Below, one piece after another: positions 9,160-18,646 of a stretch of 60,274 nt of DNA (positions are counted from its first letter, which is position 1; each line of letters opens with the position of its first letter). This DNA comes from a virus (lineage: Duplodnaviria; Caudoviricetes): the IMG/VR virus record IMGVR_UViG_3300033412_000014, positions 1-60,274 of that record; one strand, written 5' to 3'. A model generated the notes under the pieces. The model did no database searches. It was not told the DNA's origin and saw nothing but the letters and a program-made list of their open reading frames with translations. Position numbers and translations under genes: made by a program.

Positions 9160-11041
9160 TGTTGAGCTCCACCTGATCGAGTCACTGGATGACGTCGCGT
9201 CGTTCACCCGGTGGCTCGGTCAGGTGCGAAACGGTCCTAAGCTCGCGTTCGACACGGAGACGACGGGGCTGAGCCTGGAGAAGGATCACGTTCGACTCTG
9301 TCAGATCGGTGACTCCGTACACGGCTGGGCGTTCTCGTGGGAACGCTGGTCGGGCATCATGGCCGACGTCGTGAAGACGTACGAGGGAACCCTCGTCGGA
9401 CACAACGCTCCGTTCGACTGGGGCTTCATGAAGAAGGCCGGAGTCGAGCTGCCACGGCGTCGCATTCGTGACACACGCCCACAGTGTCACATCATTGACC
9501 CGACGTTCTCGACCGCGCTGAAGAACAACGCGGTGCGGTACGTGGACCCGCGTGCGAAGAACTCGCAGGAGGACTTCGCCGCCACCGGCTGGACGTGGTC
9601 CACGGTGCCCATCGACTACGAACCCTACTGGTCCTACGGCGCGCTCGACCCCGTGCTGACGAACCAGCTCGACGACTACACGTGGCCGAGGATTCAGGGA
9701 ACACCCTCAGAGACGGCGTTCAACATCGAGAACTCCGTCCAGTGGGTTACCTACGACATGGAACGCTACGGTGTCCACATCGACGTGCCGTACGTTCAAG
9801 AGAGCTACGACCGGTTCACCCAGCACTGCGAGACGATCAAAGAGTGGTGTATCCGGAACTACAACGTCAACCCAGGACGCAACGCTCAGGTGATCGCGAG
9901 GCTACACGATGACGGGGTCGAGTTCAGCAAGGCCACCAAGGGCGGTTCCGTTTCACTGGACGCTGAGGTCTTGGCTGGAATCGATCATCCACTCGCGCGG
10001 CAGGTGCTCATCCGCCGTCGCTTGGAGAAGCTGGCCTCCACCTACCTCAAACACTACCTCACCGAGACTGACGAGAACGACCTTCTCCATCCGTCCATCA
10101 ACACTCTGGGCGCACGGACGTCTCGTATGTCAATGTCCAACCCGAACTTCCAGAACCTTCCGCGTGTCAGCGAGACCAATCCAGCGGCGACGGTGATCCG
10201 GAACTGTGTCTCTGCACGTGAGAATCACACACAGGTGTTCTGTGACTTCTCCCAGATCGAGATGCGGATCCTCGCGTGGCTCGCGCAGGACGAGAACATG
10301 ATCGCGGCGTTCAGGAGTGACGGCGACTTCTTTGTCAACCTCGCGCAGCAGGTGTACTCCGACCCGACGATCGACAAGGAACACCCGCTTCGGTCACGCA
10401 TCAAGAACTTCGGCTACGCGAAGATCTACGGTGCGGGTCTCGCTAAGATGGCGTGGACGGCCGGTATCGACATCGAGACCGTGCGATCGAACATGCTCCT
10501 CTTCGACGGCACGTTCCCCGGTGTTCGTCAGTATCAAGAACACACCTTCAACCTTGCGATCCAGCGAAAGCATCTCGAAGGTGTCCCGTACGCCGACTGC
10601 CCACTGTCCGGTCGTCGACAGCACGCCGAGCCGGGCAAGGAGTACGCACTCGTCAATTATGTGATCCAAGGTGCTGCAGCATCTCTCTTTAAGATGAAGC
10701 TGCTGGAGCTGGATCAGGCCGGTCTCACCCCGTGGATGATGCTCGTCGTTCACGATGAGGTCATCCTCGACGTGCCGAACGAGCACGTGGAGGACGTGGT
10801 CCATACCCTACACGCGGTGATGAACGATGATAAGATCATCGCTCCGGTGCCGGTCGAGGCAGAGATCTCGTTCGGTGCACGGTGGGGTCAGAAGATGAAG
10901 TGGAATCGAGACAGGTGGTTGAGTGGTGACTGGCGTGAACAAGCGGCCATTGGCGGTAATCGGGGTGGATCCGGGCAAGGCAACCGGCCTGACGCTGTAC
11001 TACAACCGGGCGCTCATCGCCAAGAACTCACTGCCGGCTAA
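9137..11041 (+). CDS. polA: Family A DNA polymerase with 3'-5' exonuclease
   Basis: AFDTETTG, HNAPFD and YGALD exonuclease motifs; PNFQNLP, DFSQIEMR, R..IK.F.YAKIYG and VHDEV polymerase motifs. Confidence 0.96.
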   Translation: MAGLSLDDVELHLIESLDDVASFTRWLGQVRNGPKLAFDTETTGLSLEKDHVRLCQIGDSVHGWAFSWERWSGIMADVVKTYEGTLVGHNAPFDWGFMKKAGVELPRRRIRDTRPQCHIIDPTFSTALKNNAVRYVDPRAKNSQEDFAATGWTWSTVPIDYEPYWSYGALDPVLTNQLDDYTWPRIQGTPSETAFNIENSVQWVTYDMERYGVHIDVPYVQESYDRFTQHCETIKEWCIRNYNVNPGRNAQVIARLHDDGVEFSKATKGGSVSLDAEVLAGIDHPLARQVLIRRRLEKLASTYLKHYLTETDENDLLHPSINTLGARTSRMSMSNPNFQNLPRVSETNPAATVIRNCVSARENHTQVFCDFSQIEMRILAWLAQDENMIAAFRSDGDFFVNLAQQVYSDPTIDKEHPLRSRIKNFGYAKIYGAGLAKMAWTAGIDIETVRSNMLLFDGTFPGVRQYQEHTFNLAIQRKHLEGVPYADCPLSGRRQHAEPGKEYALVNYVIQGAAASLFKMKLLELDQAGLTPWMMLVVHDEVILDVPNEHVEDVVHTLHAVMNDDKIIAPVPVEAEISFGARWGQKMKWNRDRWLSGDWREQAAIGGNRGGSGQGNRPDAVLQPGAHRQELTAG

Positions 11042-11399
11042 CGACGCGCCTCGCGAGGTTTCCCGCTGGATCGTCATCGCGCGTGAGCACCTGGAAGATC
11101 CACAGATCATCATCGGTGTGGAGCGTTACCAGACCGGTGGCAACACGGTGAAGAAGACGCGACAGGCCGACCCGGTCGAGCTGCTCGGTGCATGCCGACT
11201 GATCGCACGAGGTGACTCAGCGATCACCGTTGTCGTCTCCAACGCCTCCGATGCGAAAAAGATCGGGAGTCCTACCACGCTCAAGCGCATCGGCTGGTGG
11301 ACACCTGGACACGATCATATCAACGATGCGGCATCGCAAGTTCTTCGCGTTCTGGCACTGACGAGACCTGAAGAGTTCGCAGACGTCATCGGTTTGTGA
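10923..11399 (+). CDS. RuvC-like Holliday junction resolvase
   Basis: IGVDPGKATG, IGVERY and HINDA motifs; exact start uncertain (10923-10935). Confidence 0.8.
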   Translation: MVTGVNKRPLAVIGVDPGKATGLTLYYNRALIAKNSLPANDAPREVSRWIVIAREHLEDPQIIIGVERYQTGGNTVKKTRQADPVELLGACRLIARGDSAITVVVSNASDAKKIGSPTTLKRIGWWTPGHDHINDAASQVLRVLALTRPEEFADVIGL

Positions 11400-11441
11400 T
11401 AGGATAAACACGCAAGCCTGGGTAAACAGGGAGAGGACAGG

Positions 11442-13226
11442 ATGGCATACGCCGAGTACAACCCCACCCGTAACCGGATCGATGTGACGACCCGGTACGA
11501 GGAGAAGGAACTCATCAAGGCGATTCCCGGGTCGAAGTACCACGGTGAAGAGAAGATCTGGTCGGTTCCCGCCACGTTCGTCGCGTGCGTTCAACTACGT
11601 GGCCTCTTCAAGGATGAGCTGCACATCAGCCCACGACTCAACTCTTGGGCAACGCTTGAGCGTGTCGACCGCATCGACCAGGCGATGGCTCTTCGCACGC
11701 GGCTCGAACCTGAGACGTGGATCAACAAGCTGCTCTACCCGTTCCAAGAGGCCGGTCAGGACTTCCTCGGTGTCGCAGGTTCGGCACTTCTCGGTGATGA
11801 GATGGGCACGGGCAAGACGATCCAGCTACTTGCCACACTCAAGGACGAGGGCTACCCCGAGGTTGGGATGCTGCCCGCGCTCGTGATCTGCCCGAACTCG
11901 ACGAAGCATAACTGGGCTGACGAGGCCGCAAAGTGGTTTCCTGAGGCGAAGTCGTACGTGATCTCCGGTGGTGTGGTCCAGCGGCGAAAGCTCTTCAACC
12001 AGGCCGGTGACGACGCACTCGTGATCATCAACATCGAGGCGGTTCGCAACCACTCGCGTCTCGCGGGTTACGGGTCCATCCACCTCACCGATGCTGAGAG
12101 ACAGCCGAAGGAGCTCAACGAGATCCCGTTCCGTTCGGTCACCTTCGATGAGGCGCACCGGATGAAGGACCCGAAGTCGAAGCAGACCCGCGCTGCGTGG
12201 GCTGTCGGTCACGGTCCAACGGTGAGAAACCGGTTCGCGCTGACGGGTACACCGATCGTCAATGACCCGTCGGACCTCTGGTCCATTCTTCACTTCCTCG
12301 CTCCTGAGGAGTTCCCGACACGGTCGAAGTTCATCGACCGCTACTGCCTCCAAGCGTGGAACTCGTACGGCGGACTGAGTGTGATCGGTGTCCAGCCGGA
12401 GACCCGTGACGAGTTCCAGAAGATCATCGGCCCACGGTTTCGTCGGGTGACGAAGGACGAGGTGTTGACCCAGCTTCCGCGTAAGCAGCGGCAGCTCGTC
12501 AAGGTGCAAATGACGCCAAAGCAGGCGAAGGCCTACGGTGAGATGGAGTCACAGCTCGCGACCCGCGTCGACGGCGGTGTGATCGTTGCCGCGTCGAACC
12601 TCACGGCGCAGATTCGCCTCCTACAGTTCGCTGGATCGATGTGTGATGTTGCACCCGACGGCACGGTCACTCCCGTCGATCCGTCACCTAAGGTTGACGC
12701 ACTGCTGGACATCATCGACGCGGCGCAGGGTAAGCCGATCGTCGCGTGCGCCGTCCAGCGTAAGCTCATCGAGCTCGCCGCTAAGCGACTGGACAAAGAG
12801 AAGATCCGGTACGGTCTCATCACCGGTGCGGTCGACGAGTGGACACGGAAGCAGAACCTGAAGAAGTTCCAAGATGGTGAACTACCCGTCCTGCTCTTCA
12901 CCATTCAGGCAGGTGGCACCGGTCTCAACATGACCGCCGCCGACACCATCGTGTTCATCCAGCGTGACTGGTCGATGGTGAACAACCGGCAGGCCGAGGA
13001 CCGTGTTCACCGCATCGGCTCCGAGGTGCACGAGTCGATCAACGTCATCGATCTCGTCACCGAGGGCACCGTGGAAGAGACGGTCTTGACACGCTACCTG
13101 GAGAAGGTACACCGTCTGGATCAGATCACCCAGGACCGTGCGCGAGCCAAGGCAAACGGCCTGACGGTCACCGAGCTCGACGAGCTGGAGTCCTTCATCA
13201 TGAACGCACACCTGGGGGAAATGTGA
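11442..13226 (+). CDS. SNF2-family DNA helicase
   Basis: DEMGTGKT, DEAH, LTGTP, GGTGLNM and QAEDRVHRIG. Confidence 0.95.
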   Translation: MAYAEYNPTRNRIDVTTRYEEKELIKAIPGSKYHGEEKIWSVPATFVACVQLRGLFKDELHISPRLNSWATLERVDRIDQAMALRTRLEPETWINKLLYPFQEAGQDFLGVAGSALLGDEMGTGKTIQLLATLKDEGYPEVGMLPALVICPNSTKHNWADEAAKWFPEAKSYVISGGVVQRRKLFNQAGDDALVIINIEAVRNHSRLAGYGSIHLTDAERQPKELNEIPFRSVTFDEAHRMKDPKSKQTRAAWAVGHGPTVRNRFALTGTPIVNDPSDLWSILHFLAPEEFPTRSKFIDRYCLQAWNSYGGLSVIGVQPETRDEFQKIIGPRFRRVTKDEVLTQLPRKQRQLVKVQMTPKQAKAYGEMESQLATRVDGGVIVAASNLTAQIRLLQFAGSMCDVAPDGTVTPVDPSPKVDALLDIIDAAQGKPIVACAVQRKLIELAAKRLDKEKIRYGLITGAVDEWTRKQNLKKFQDGELPVLLFTIQAGGTGLNMTAADTIVFIQRDWSMVNNRQAEDRVHRIGSEVHESINVIDLVTEGTVEETVLTRYLEKVHRLDQITQDRARAKANGLTVTELDELESFIMNAHLGEM

Positions 13227-14233
13227 CCGTCACGATCCGTCGCATCTCCAACTCGGAGGTGCAGACCTTCAAGCGATGCCGTCGGCAGTGGTGGCTCGCG
13301 TGGCATCGCGGACTTCGTCCCACGCGACCGTCCGTCATGGGTGCGTTGCGGATCGGTGAGCGGATCCACGACGCTCTCGCTACCTACTACATTCCGGGTC
13401 TCGGTCCAGATCCACGGGAACGACTGGAAGTCCTCCTGGAGGAGGACCAGAGGTTCCTGAGCGCCAACAACGACGTGTCTCCTGAGGACCGGAAGCAGTT
13501 CAACTCGGAGGCCGACCTTCAGCGCATCATGCTCGAGGGTTACATGCAGTGGATCACTGAGACGGGTGCGGATCAGGACTTCATCATCATCGAGTCTGAG
13601 CGGTATGTGGAAGCAGCGTTCTTCCGGATCGGCGACGTTCAGGTCGTCATCATCGGTCGACTGGACGTACTCGTCGAGGACGCGTGGTCCAAGCAGCTCG
13701 CGTTCATCGATCACAAGACCACCGGTTCGATCATCGAGTCACTCAAGGGCATCAAGCTCAACCCACAGATGCGGATGTACCGGCTCATCCTACAACTCGC
13801 CGAAAAACGTGATGTGTCTCTTGCCGTCTACTCGATGCTTCGCAAGGTGAAGCGGACTGTGAAGGCAAATCCGCCGTTCTTCCACCGTGAGACGATCATA
13901 CACAATCACATCGAGACCACAACGTTCTCCGAGCAGTTGACGGGCGTCATTCACGACATCATCGAGACGGAGCATCATCTCAGTGACGTCTACACGCATC
14001 CTCGCACGGTGCATAACCGTAACGTCTACCCGACGCCTGGTGCACACTGCCGGTGGTGCCCGTTCGAGCGTGAGTGTTTGATGATGGACGACGGCTCCCG
14101 TGCCGAGGACTCACTCGCTTCACGGTTCGTCGTTGGCGAACCACTGCACTACTACGGAAGGGACGATCTTGCCCGAGTTCAACCCGGATCACGTCCTGTC
14201 GACCCTCATCCACGCCGGATCGAAGCAGGGTAA
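13223..14233 (+). CDS. Cas4/RecB-like PD-(D/E)XK exonuclease
   Basis: SNSEVQTFKRC, GRLD, IDHKT, QMRMY and CRWCPFEREC. Confidence 0.88.
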   Translation: MTVTIRRISNSEVQTFKRCRRQWWLAWHRGLRPTRPSVMGALRIGERIHDALATYYIPGLGPDPRERLEVLLEEDQRFLSANNDVSPEDRKQFNSEADLQRIMLEGYMQWITETGADQDFIIIESERYVEAAFFRIGDVQVVIIGRLDVLVEDAWSKQLAFIDHKTTGSIIESLKGIKLNPQMRMYRLILQLAEKRDVSLAVYSMLRKVKRTVKANPPFFHRETIIHNHIETTTFSEQLTGVIHDIIETEHHLSDVYTHPRTVHNRNVYPTPGAHCRWCPFERECLMMDDGSRAEDSLASRFVVGEPLHYYGRDDLARVQPGSRPVDPHPRRIEAG

Positions 14234-14936
14234 GACCACCCTCGCGTCGACGTCACCGCCTCCGCATCTCGCACTCGATGCGGAAGGTGGCTGGAAGTTC
14301 ATCGATGAGGCTGGTTACAAGACCGGTAAGAAGCTCCGGCGCATCCGCTGGAACCCTGCCACCGAGCCGATACCGCAACACGACGGCACCTGGGATCTCT
14401 GCAGTGTGACCGTCCGGAACTGGGCGACGATGACCCTCGTCTACCAGCACCTCACCCAGCGACCACACCAGTTCCGTTCGATCACCTGGGACTCGATCAC
14501 CGAGGTCCAGCGAACCTGCCGCGACGCTCTCAAGGGCACCGAGGCGATGCAGCTGCAGGACTGGGGCGTGCTGCTAATTCAGATGGACGATATGATTCGT
14601 AAGTTCCGGAACCTCACCTTGGATCCGAGCAACACGGTGCAGGTCGTCAACTTCATCGCTGAGACGAAGATGCGGGACGGTAAGTGGCGTCCCTACATGC
14701 AGGGACAGATCACCGACGCTCTACCGTATATGGTCGACGTCTGTGGGTACCTCACTACCCAGTGGGGTATGGATGACGCGGGTCAACCGACCGTGCGGCA
14801 GCCGGTCCTCAACATCTCACCAAGCGACTACTGGGAGGCGGGCGAACGTGTTCAGGGCCGCCTCCCCAACTCGATCCTTCTCCCCAACATCACCAACATC
14901 CTCAACTCCGTCTATCCCAACGCCGTCACCAACTAA
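14169..14936 (+). CDS. Sak4-like AAA recombination ATPase
   Basis: HAGSKQGKTT, DAEGG, WDSIT and DVCGYL; lies between exonuclease and SSB; TTG start inferred. Confidence 0.8.
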   Translation: MPEFNPDHVLSTLIHAGSKQGKTTLASTSPPPHLALDAEGGWKFIDEAGYKTGKKLRRIRWNPATEPIPQHDGTWDLCSVTVRNWATMTLVYQHLTQRPHQFRSITWDSITEVQRTCRDALKGTEAMQLQDWGVLLIQMDDMIRKFRNLTLDPSNTVQVVNFIAETKMRDGKWRPYMQGQITDALPYMVDVCGYLTTQWGMDDAGQPTVRQPVLNISPSDYWEAGERVQGRLPNSILLPNITNILNSVYPNAVTN

Positions 14937-14955
14937 CACACATCAGGAGTAACCA

Positions 14956-15558
14956 GTGGCTGACATGAACTTCGGTAAGATGCGTCAGGACGCGATGACC
15001 GTCCTGACGGGAGACTTCGTCGTTCGCTGCATCGAGGCCAAGCCGACGAAGAACTCGAACGGCGACGACATGATCAAGACCAAGCTGCAGATCATCGCCG
15101 GCCCGTACACCGGACGGAACCTGCCCAACAACTTCAACATCATCCCGAGCAACGTCCCGGCGCTGCAGATGTTCTTCAGCCACATGAACTGCTTCGGCCT
15201 CGACGAGGCGTATTTCGCCACGCTGCCGAACGGCGAGGCCGGTGTGTACAAGATCGCTCAGGACCTCGTCGGTCGCGTCGTCGAGGTGAAGGTCGGATCG
15301 CGGAAGTGGCAGAATGTGGATCGTGAGAACATCGAGTCCATCAAGCCGGCGCCGGCCGGTCTCAGTGGCGTGGGGCAGCCCGTCGCGTTCGCCCAGGCGC
15401 TCCCCACCGCGCTTCCGACGGCGCTTCCGACGGCGCAGCTCGTCGCGCCGCAGGTGACCGGATCGGCCACGGTGGCCCTGCCGCTCGACATCGGTTCCGG
15501 GCCGGAGAACACGGCCGCGGCGACCGGTGGTGAGCCGGAGCCGGAACCCGCGTTCTAG
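14956..15558 (+). CDS. Single-stranded DNA-binding protein (DUF669-like)
   Basis: OB-fold pattern (GDFVVRC, GPYTGR, LVGRVVEVKV), low-complexity linker, acidic/aromatic tail EPEPAF. Confidence 0.75.
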   Translation: MADMNFGKMRQDAMTVLTGDFVVRCIEAKPTKNSNGDDMIKTKLQIIAGPYTGRNLPNNFNIIPSNVPALQMFFSHMNCFGLDEAYFATLPNGEAGVYKIAQDLVGRVVEVKVGSRKWQNVDRENIESIKPAPAGLSGVGQPVAFAQALPTALPTALPTAQLVAPQVTGSATVALPLDIGSGPENTAAATGGEPEPEPAF

Positions 15559-15623
15559 TCGATCACCGAACATGATAGAGTGGGAGCAGGTCACACGGCC
15601 TGCTCCCTCACCTTAGAGAGGAC

Positions 15624-17015
15624 ATGATGGGACGTAAGATCCTGTATGGAAAAATAGGACGATCGATGCCGCTGACACTCGCGAAGTGCGGCACCCTCGG
15701 TGGTGACATCGAGATGACCGCGACACTCGTTCGACTCGCCAACGCATATCCCGACGACGAGATCATCCTCATCGGTCGGAACACTGGTGAGAACCCGCAG
15801 GACGTCGGTCTTCCTGCGAACATCACGAACCCGTGGACCGAGTGGAGTCCACGACTGCGGACGTACCTGAACGAGCAAGGACTCAACCACCCGAACCTGA
15901 CGGTGGAAGAACACATCAAGGCGCTCAGCTACATCATGCACCTAACCGTCGACACGTTCCTCAGCGCCGACGCGATGGTCATGTGGGTCGGTCAGCACGG
16001 CACCTCGAACACACCGATCCCGAAGATCGGCGACCGGTCCATCCTGACGAAGCCGCAGGATGCGTTCACCTACTACTCCGGCTTCCTCCTCCGCGGCATC
16101 AACCACTGGCGTGACGTTGATCCCATCCAGCGGGAGCCCATCTTCCTCAACGCCGATCCGCGCAACTACCTCAAGATGCGCGACATGAAGTGGCCACTCC
16201 AGCATCCGGTGCTGACCCAATACCGGTTCGGTCACCGGATCAAGCACGAGCGCTACGGTGACCCGAACAAGCCCGAGTTCATGTCGTGGACCGAGGACCA
16301 ACGGATCAGCTACCGCACGCGTGAGAACCTCGGCTACACCGATGACGGTGACGTCTGGACCGCGTGGGTCGACAACACGTACTCTCGTCTGGAACTCAAC
16401 GCGCTACTGCCCGGCACGCCGTCGGGTGATCTGCTGACGTTCGACGGTGAGTGGGCTGTTCGGGAGCCGTTCGGCGTGGTGATCAACGAGGCACGTGCGA
16501 TCGGTGTTCCGGAGCGACTTGGCCGCCTGCGTGCGATGCACGACTGGATCATGCCGTTGCGACCCGCGTTCATCCACGGGACGTGGTCCGACAAGGCGAT
16601 GACGTCACTTCGCGAGAAGTGGGGCGCGGGACTGTGCATCGAGCCGCTACCGTGGTCGCAGTACGCGGCGAAGATGCACCGCGTTCGTACGACCCTGACG
16701 ACGCCGTCCAGCGGGAGTGGCTGGGCCACGACCAAGCCGTGGGAGGCGTTCGGTCTCGGTGTGGTGTGCTTCTTCCACCCCGAGTACGACACGCAGAACA
16801 ACATCCTACGAGACGCACCCACGTTCCTCACGAACTGGCTTCGTGTGAGGACGCCGGCTGAGCTTCGCGACAAGGTCATTCACCTCAACACGACTGCCGG
16901 TCGCAAGGACTGGGAGCTCATCGTCAACGCACAGCACGATCACTTCCAGTACAACGTGCTCGGCACCCCCACCTTCATGAAGATGATCGACGACCGTCTG
17001 AACGGAGCCAAGTAG
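15624..17015 (+). CDS. GT-B glycosyltransferase resembling T4 DNA beta-glucosyltransferase
   Basis: C-terminal TKPWEA...PEYDT...V...AELRDKV..L...QHD parallels T4 BGT WET...EEFDT...V..RAELIDRV..L...QHD (recalled); ADPR parallels BGT TDIR. Confidence 0.72.
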   Translation: MMGRKILYGKIGRSMPLTLAKCGTLGGDIEMTATLVRLANAYPDDEIILIGRNTGENPQDVGLPANITNPWTEWSPRLRTYLNEQGLNHPNLTVEEHIKALSYIMHLTVDTFLSADAMVMWVGQHGTSNTPIPKIGDRSILTKPQDAFTYYSGFLLRGINHWRDVDPIQREPIFLNADPRNYLKMRDMKWPLQHPVLTQYRFGHRIKHERYGDPNKPEFMSWTEDQRISYRTRENLGYTDDGDVWTAWVDNTYSRLELNALLPGTPSGDLLTFDGEWAVREPFGVVINEARAIGVPERLGRLRAMHDWIMPLRPAFIHGTWSDKAMTSLREKWGAGLCIEPLPWSQYAAKMHRVRTTLTTPSSGSGWATTKPWEAFGLGVVCFFHPEYDTQNNILRDAPTFLTNWLRVRTPAELRDKVIHLNTTAGRKDWELIVNAQHDHFQYNVLGTPTFMKMIDDRLNGAK

Positions 17016-18083
17016 TTGAAGACAACAATCATTCTTCCGTCCATCCGCGTACCGAGTAACCTCACGAGCTGGGTGACGCAGCTCGAACCCGAAACCGACG
17101 AGATCATCGTCGCCGGCAACGAGGCGTCACCGCACGCGGCCATCACCGAGTTCCTCGGCAGCCTGACGAACCAGCACGGTGTGCGAACCACGTACCTCGG
17201 CCCGCGTGATCCTCGCGTCACCGAGCGTGCGATCTACTCGTTCATCGCACCGAATCACACCGCGCGACGAAACTTCGCGCTGCTCCACGCGCTGGAGAAC
17301 CGACCCGACGTCCTCGTCACCATAGACGACGACAACTACCCATACAAGGCCGACTGGCTGAAGGGCGTGAAGGCGCTCCTCGACCCGGAGCAGCCGAATC
17401 ACCGCATGATCATCAGCTCGGAGACGGGTTGGTGGAACGCAGGTCGTCTCTGCACGCCGTCGGTGATCCACCGTGGGTTCCCCGTGTCCGCCTGGACCGA
17501 GCGTGACACCGGGCAGGCTGCCGGGACGGGTGCAACACCGATCGGTGTCGTCGCGAGCTTGTGGCTGGATGACCCCGACATCAACGCCGTCGAGCGGATG
17601 CTGCACAACCCGCAGGTACTGAGCGTGAACTCATCCGCCACGCTCGCACCGGGAACGTGGTGCCCGTTCGACTCACAGTCCACCAGCGTGCACGGCGTGA
17701 TCGCGGACATGATGTTCATGTGGCCCGACATGGGTCGATACGACGACATCTGGTCCTCGTACCTGATGCGCGCGGTGATGGACGTCATCGGCTGGTACGT
17801 CACGTACGGCACACCGGCCGTCACCCAGGACCGCAACCCGCACACCCTCGTCAAGGACCTGCGGGACGAGCTGTTCGGCTACGAGTACACCGAGGAGTTC
17901 ACGGACTTCCTCCGTGGTCTCGTTCAGCGGGCGCCGACCGACTTCACGCACGTGTACGAGGTGTATCGCTGGTTCATGTTCGAGACGGCGAGCAACTACA
18001 AGCGCCTGCCGGGTCTCACACGCGAGTCGTTCTACGCGTGGCTGATCGACGTCGACAACGTCCGCAAGCAGACGGGACTGTGA
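17016..18083 (+). CDS. GT75/RGP (UDP-arabinopyranose mutase)/STELLO-like GT-A protein
   Basis: RRNFALL, TIDDDN, HRGFP, LWLDDPDINA, PFDSQST and GRYDDIW match RGP/STELLO signature blocks. Confidence 0.78.
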   Translation: MKTTIILPSIRVPSNLTSWVTQLEPETDEIIVAGNEASPHAAITEFLGSLTNQHGVRTTYLGPRDPRVTERAIYSFIAPNHTARRNFALLHALENRPDVLVTIDDDNYPYKADWLKGVKALLDPEQPNHRMIISSETGWWNAGRLCTPSVIHRGFPVSAWTERDTGQAAGTGATPIGVVASLWLDDPDINAVERMLHNPQVLSVNSSATLAPGTWCPFDSQSTSVHGVIADMMFMWPDMGRYDDIWSSYLMRAVMDVIGWYVTYGTPAVTQDRNPHTLVKDLRDELFGYEYTEEFTDFLRGLVQRAPTDFTHVYEVYRWFMFETASNYKRLPGLTRESFYAWLIDVDNVRKQTGL

Positions 18084-18634
18084 TGGACCGACTCGAAGAG
18101 ATCTTCACTCGGCAGCAGGTGCTGCAGGAGAAGACGTATCGTGCGCCGTTGGGATTTATGGCGCAAAGTCCCGACGTGCAAGCTGAGTACGTGCGAACCA
18201 GTGTTCTCGCGGCGACTGCTGAACTCCACGAAGCACTCAACGAGGTTGGTTGGAAGCCGTGGGCAACGGAGCGCTTCTACAACACGGACAACGTGATCTC
18301 GGAGTGCGTGGACGCCTTTCACTTCGTCATCAACATCATGCTTGCTTCAGGTGTCTCAGCGAAAGACCTCGCCGATCGATTCCATGAGAAGTACGTGGAA
18401 AAGAACGAGCGAAACGCAACGCGTCAGAAAGAGGGCTACGACGGCGTCTCGTCGAAGTGTCCTCACTGTTCGCGGGCCTTGGACGACGTCGGTGTCAACC
18501 AGGGTCGCATCCTCGACGAACTCGTCTTCGTCTGTGGCGGGTGTAACAAGGGACTCGACGCGAAGATGATCATCGGCAAGGAGAGCGTAGAGCGGATCGT
18601 GCGGATCAGCAAGATCCTCGATCAGACGGCCTAG
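18083..18634 (+). CDS. Dimeric all-alpha dUTPase/dCTPase (T4 gp56-like) with C-terminal zinc ribbon
   Basis: ELHEAL..VGWKPW, ECVDAFHF and Y..KN..N..RQ..GY; CPHC...CGGC tail; TGATG coupling. Confidence 0.85.
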   Translation: MDRLEEIFTRQQVLQEKTYRAPLGFMAQSPDVQAEYVRTSVLAATAELHEALNEVGWKPWATERFYNTDNVISECVDAFHFVINIMLASGVSAKDLADRFHEKYVEKNERNATRQKEGYDGVSSKCPHCSRALDDVGVNQGRILDELVFVCGGCNKGLDAKMIIGKESVERIVRISKILDQTA

Positions 18635-18646
18635 TACGGTTCAGCC

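Noticed and set aside
9137-13226. Inteins or introns in polymerase or helicase
   Set aside because: Normal lengths and contiguous motifs; no intein termini were seen
13223-14233. Cas4-like gene as evidence of CRISPR
   Set aside because: No repeat-spacer array or other cas genes were seen; it belongs to the exonuclease-Sak4-SSB recombination module
17657-18082. Long N-terminal extension of the dUTPase/dCTPase
   Set aside because: Out-of-frame shadow of the GT75-like gene; TGATG coupling supports 18083
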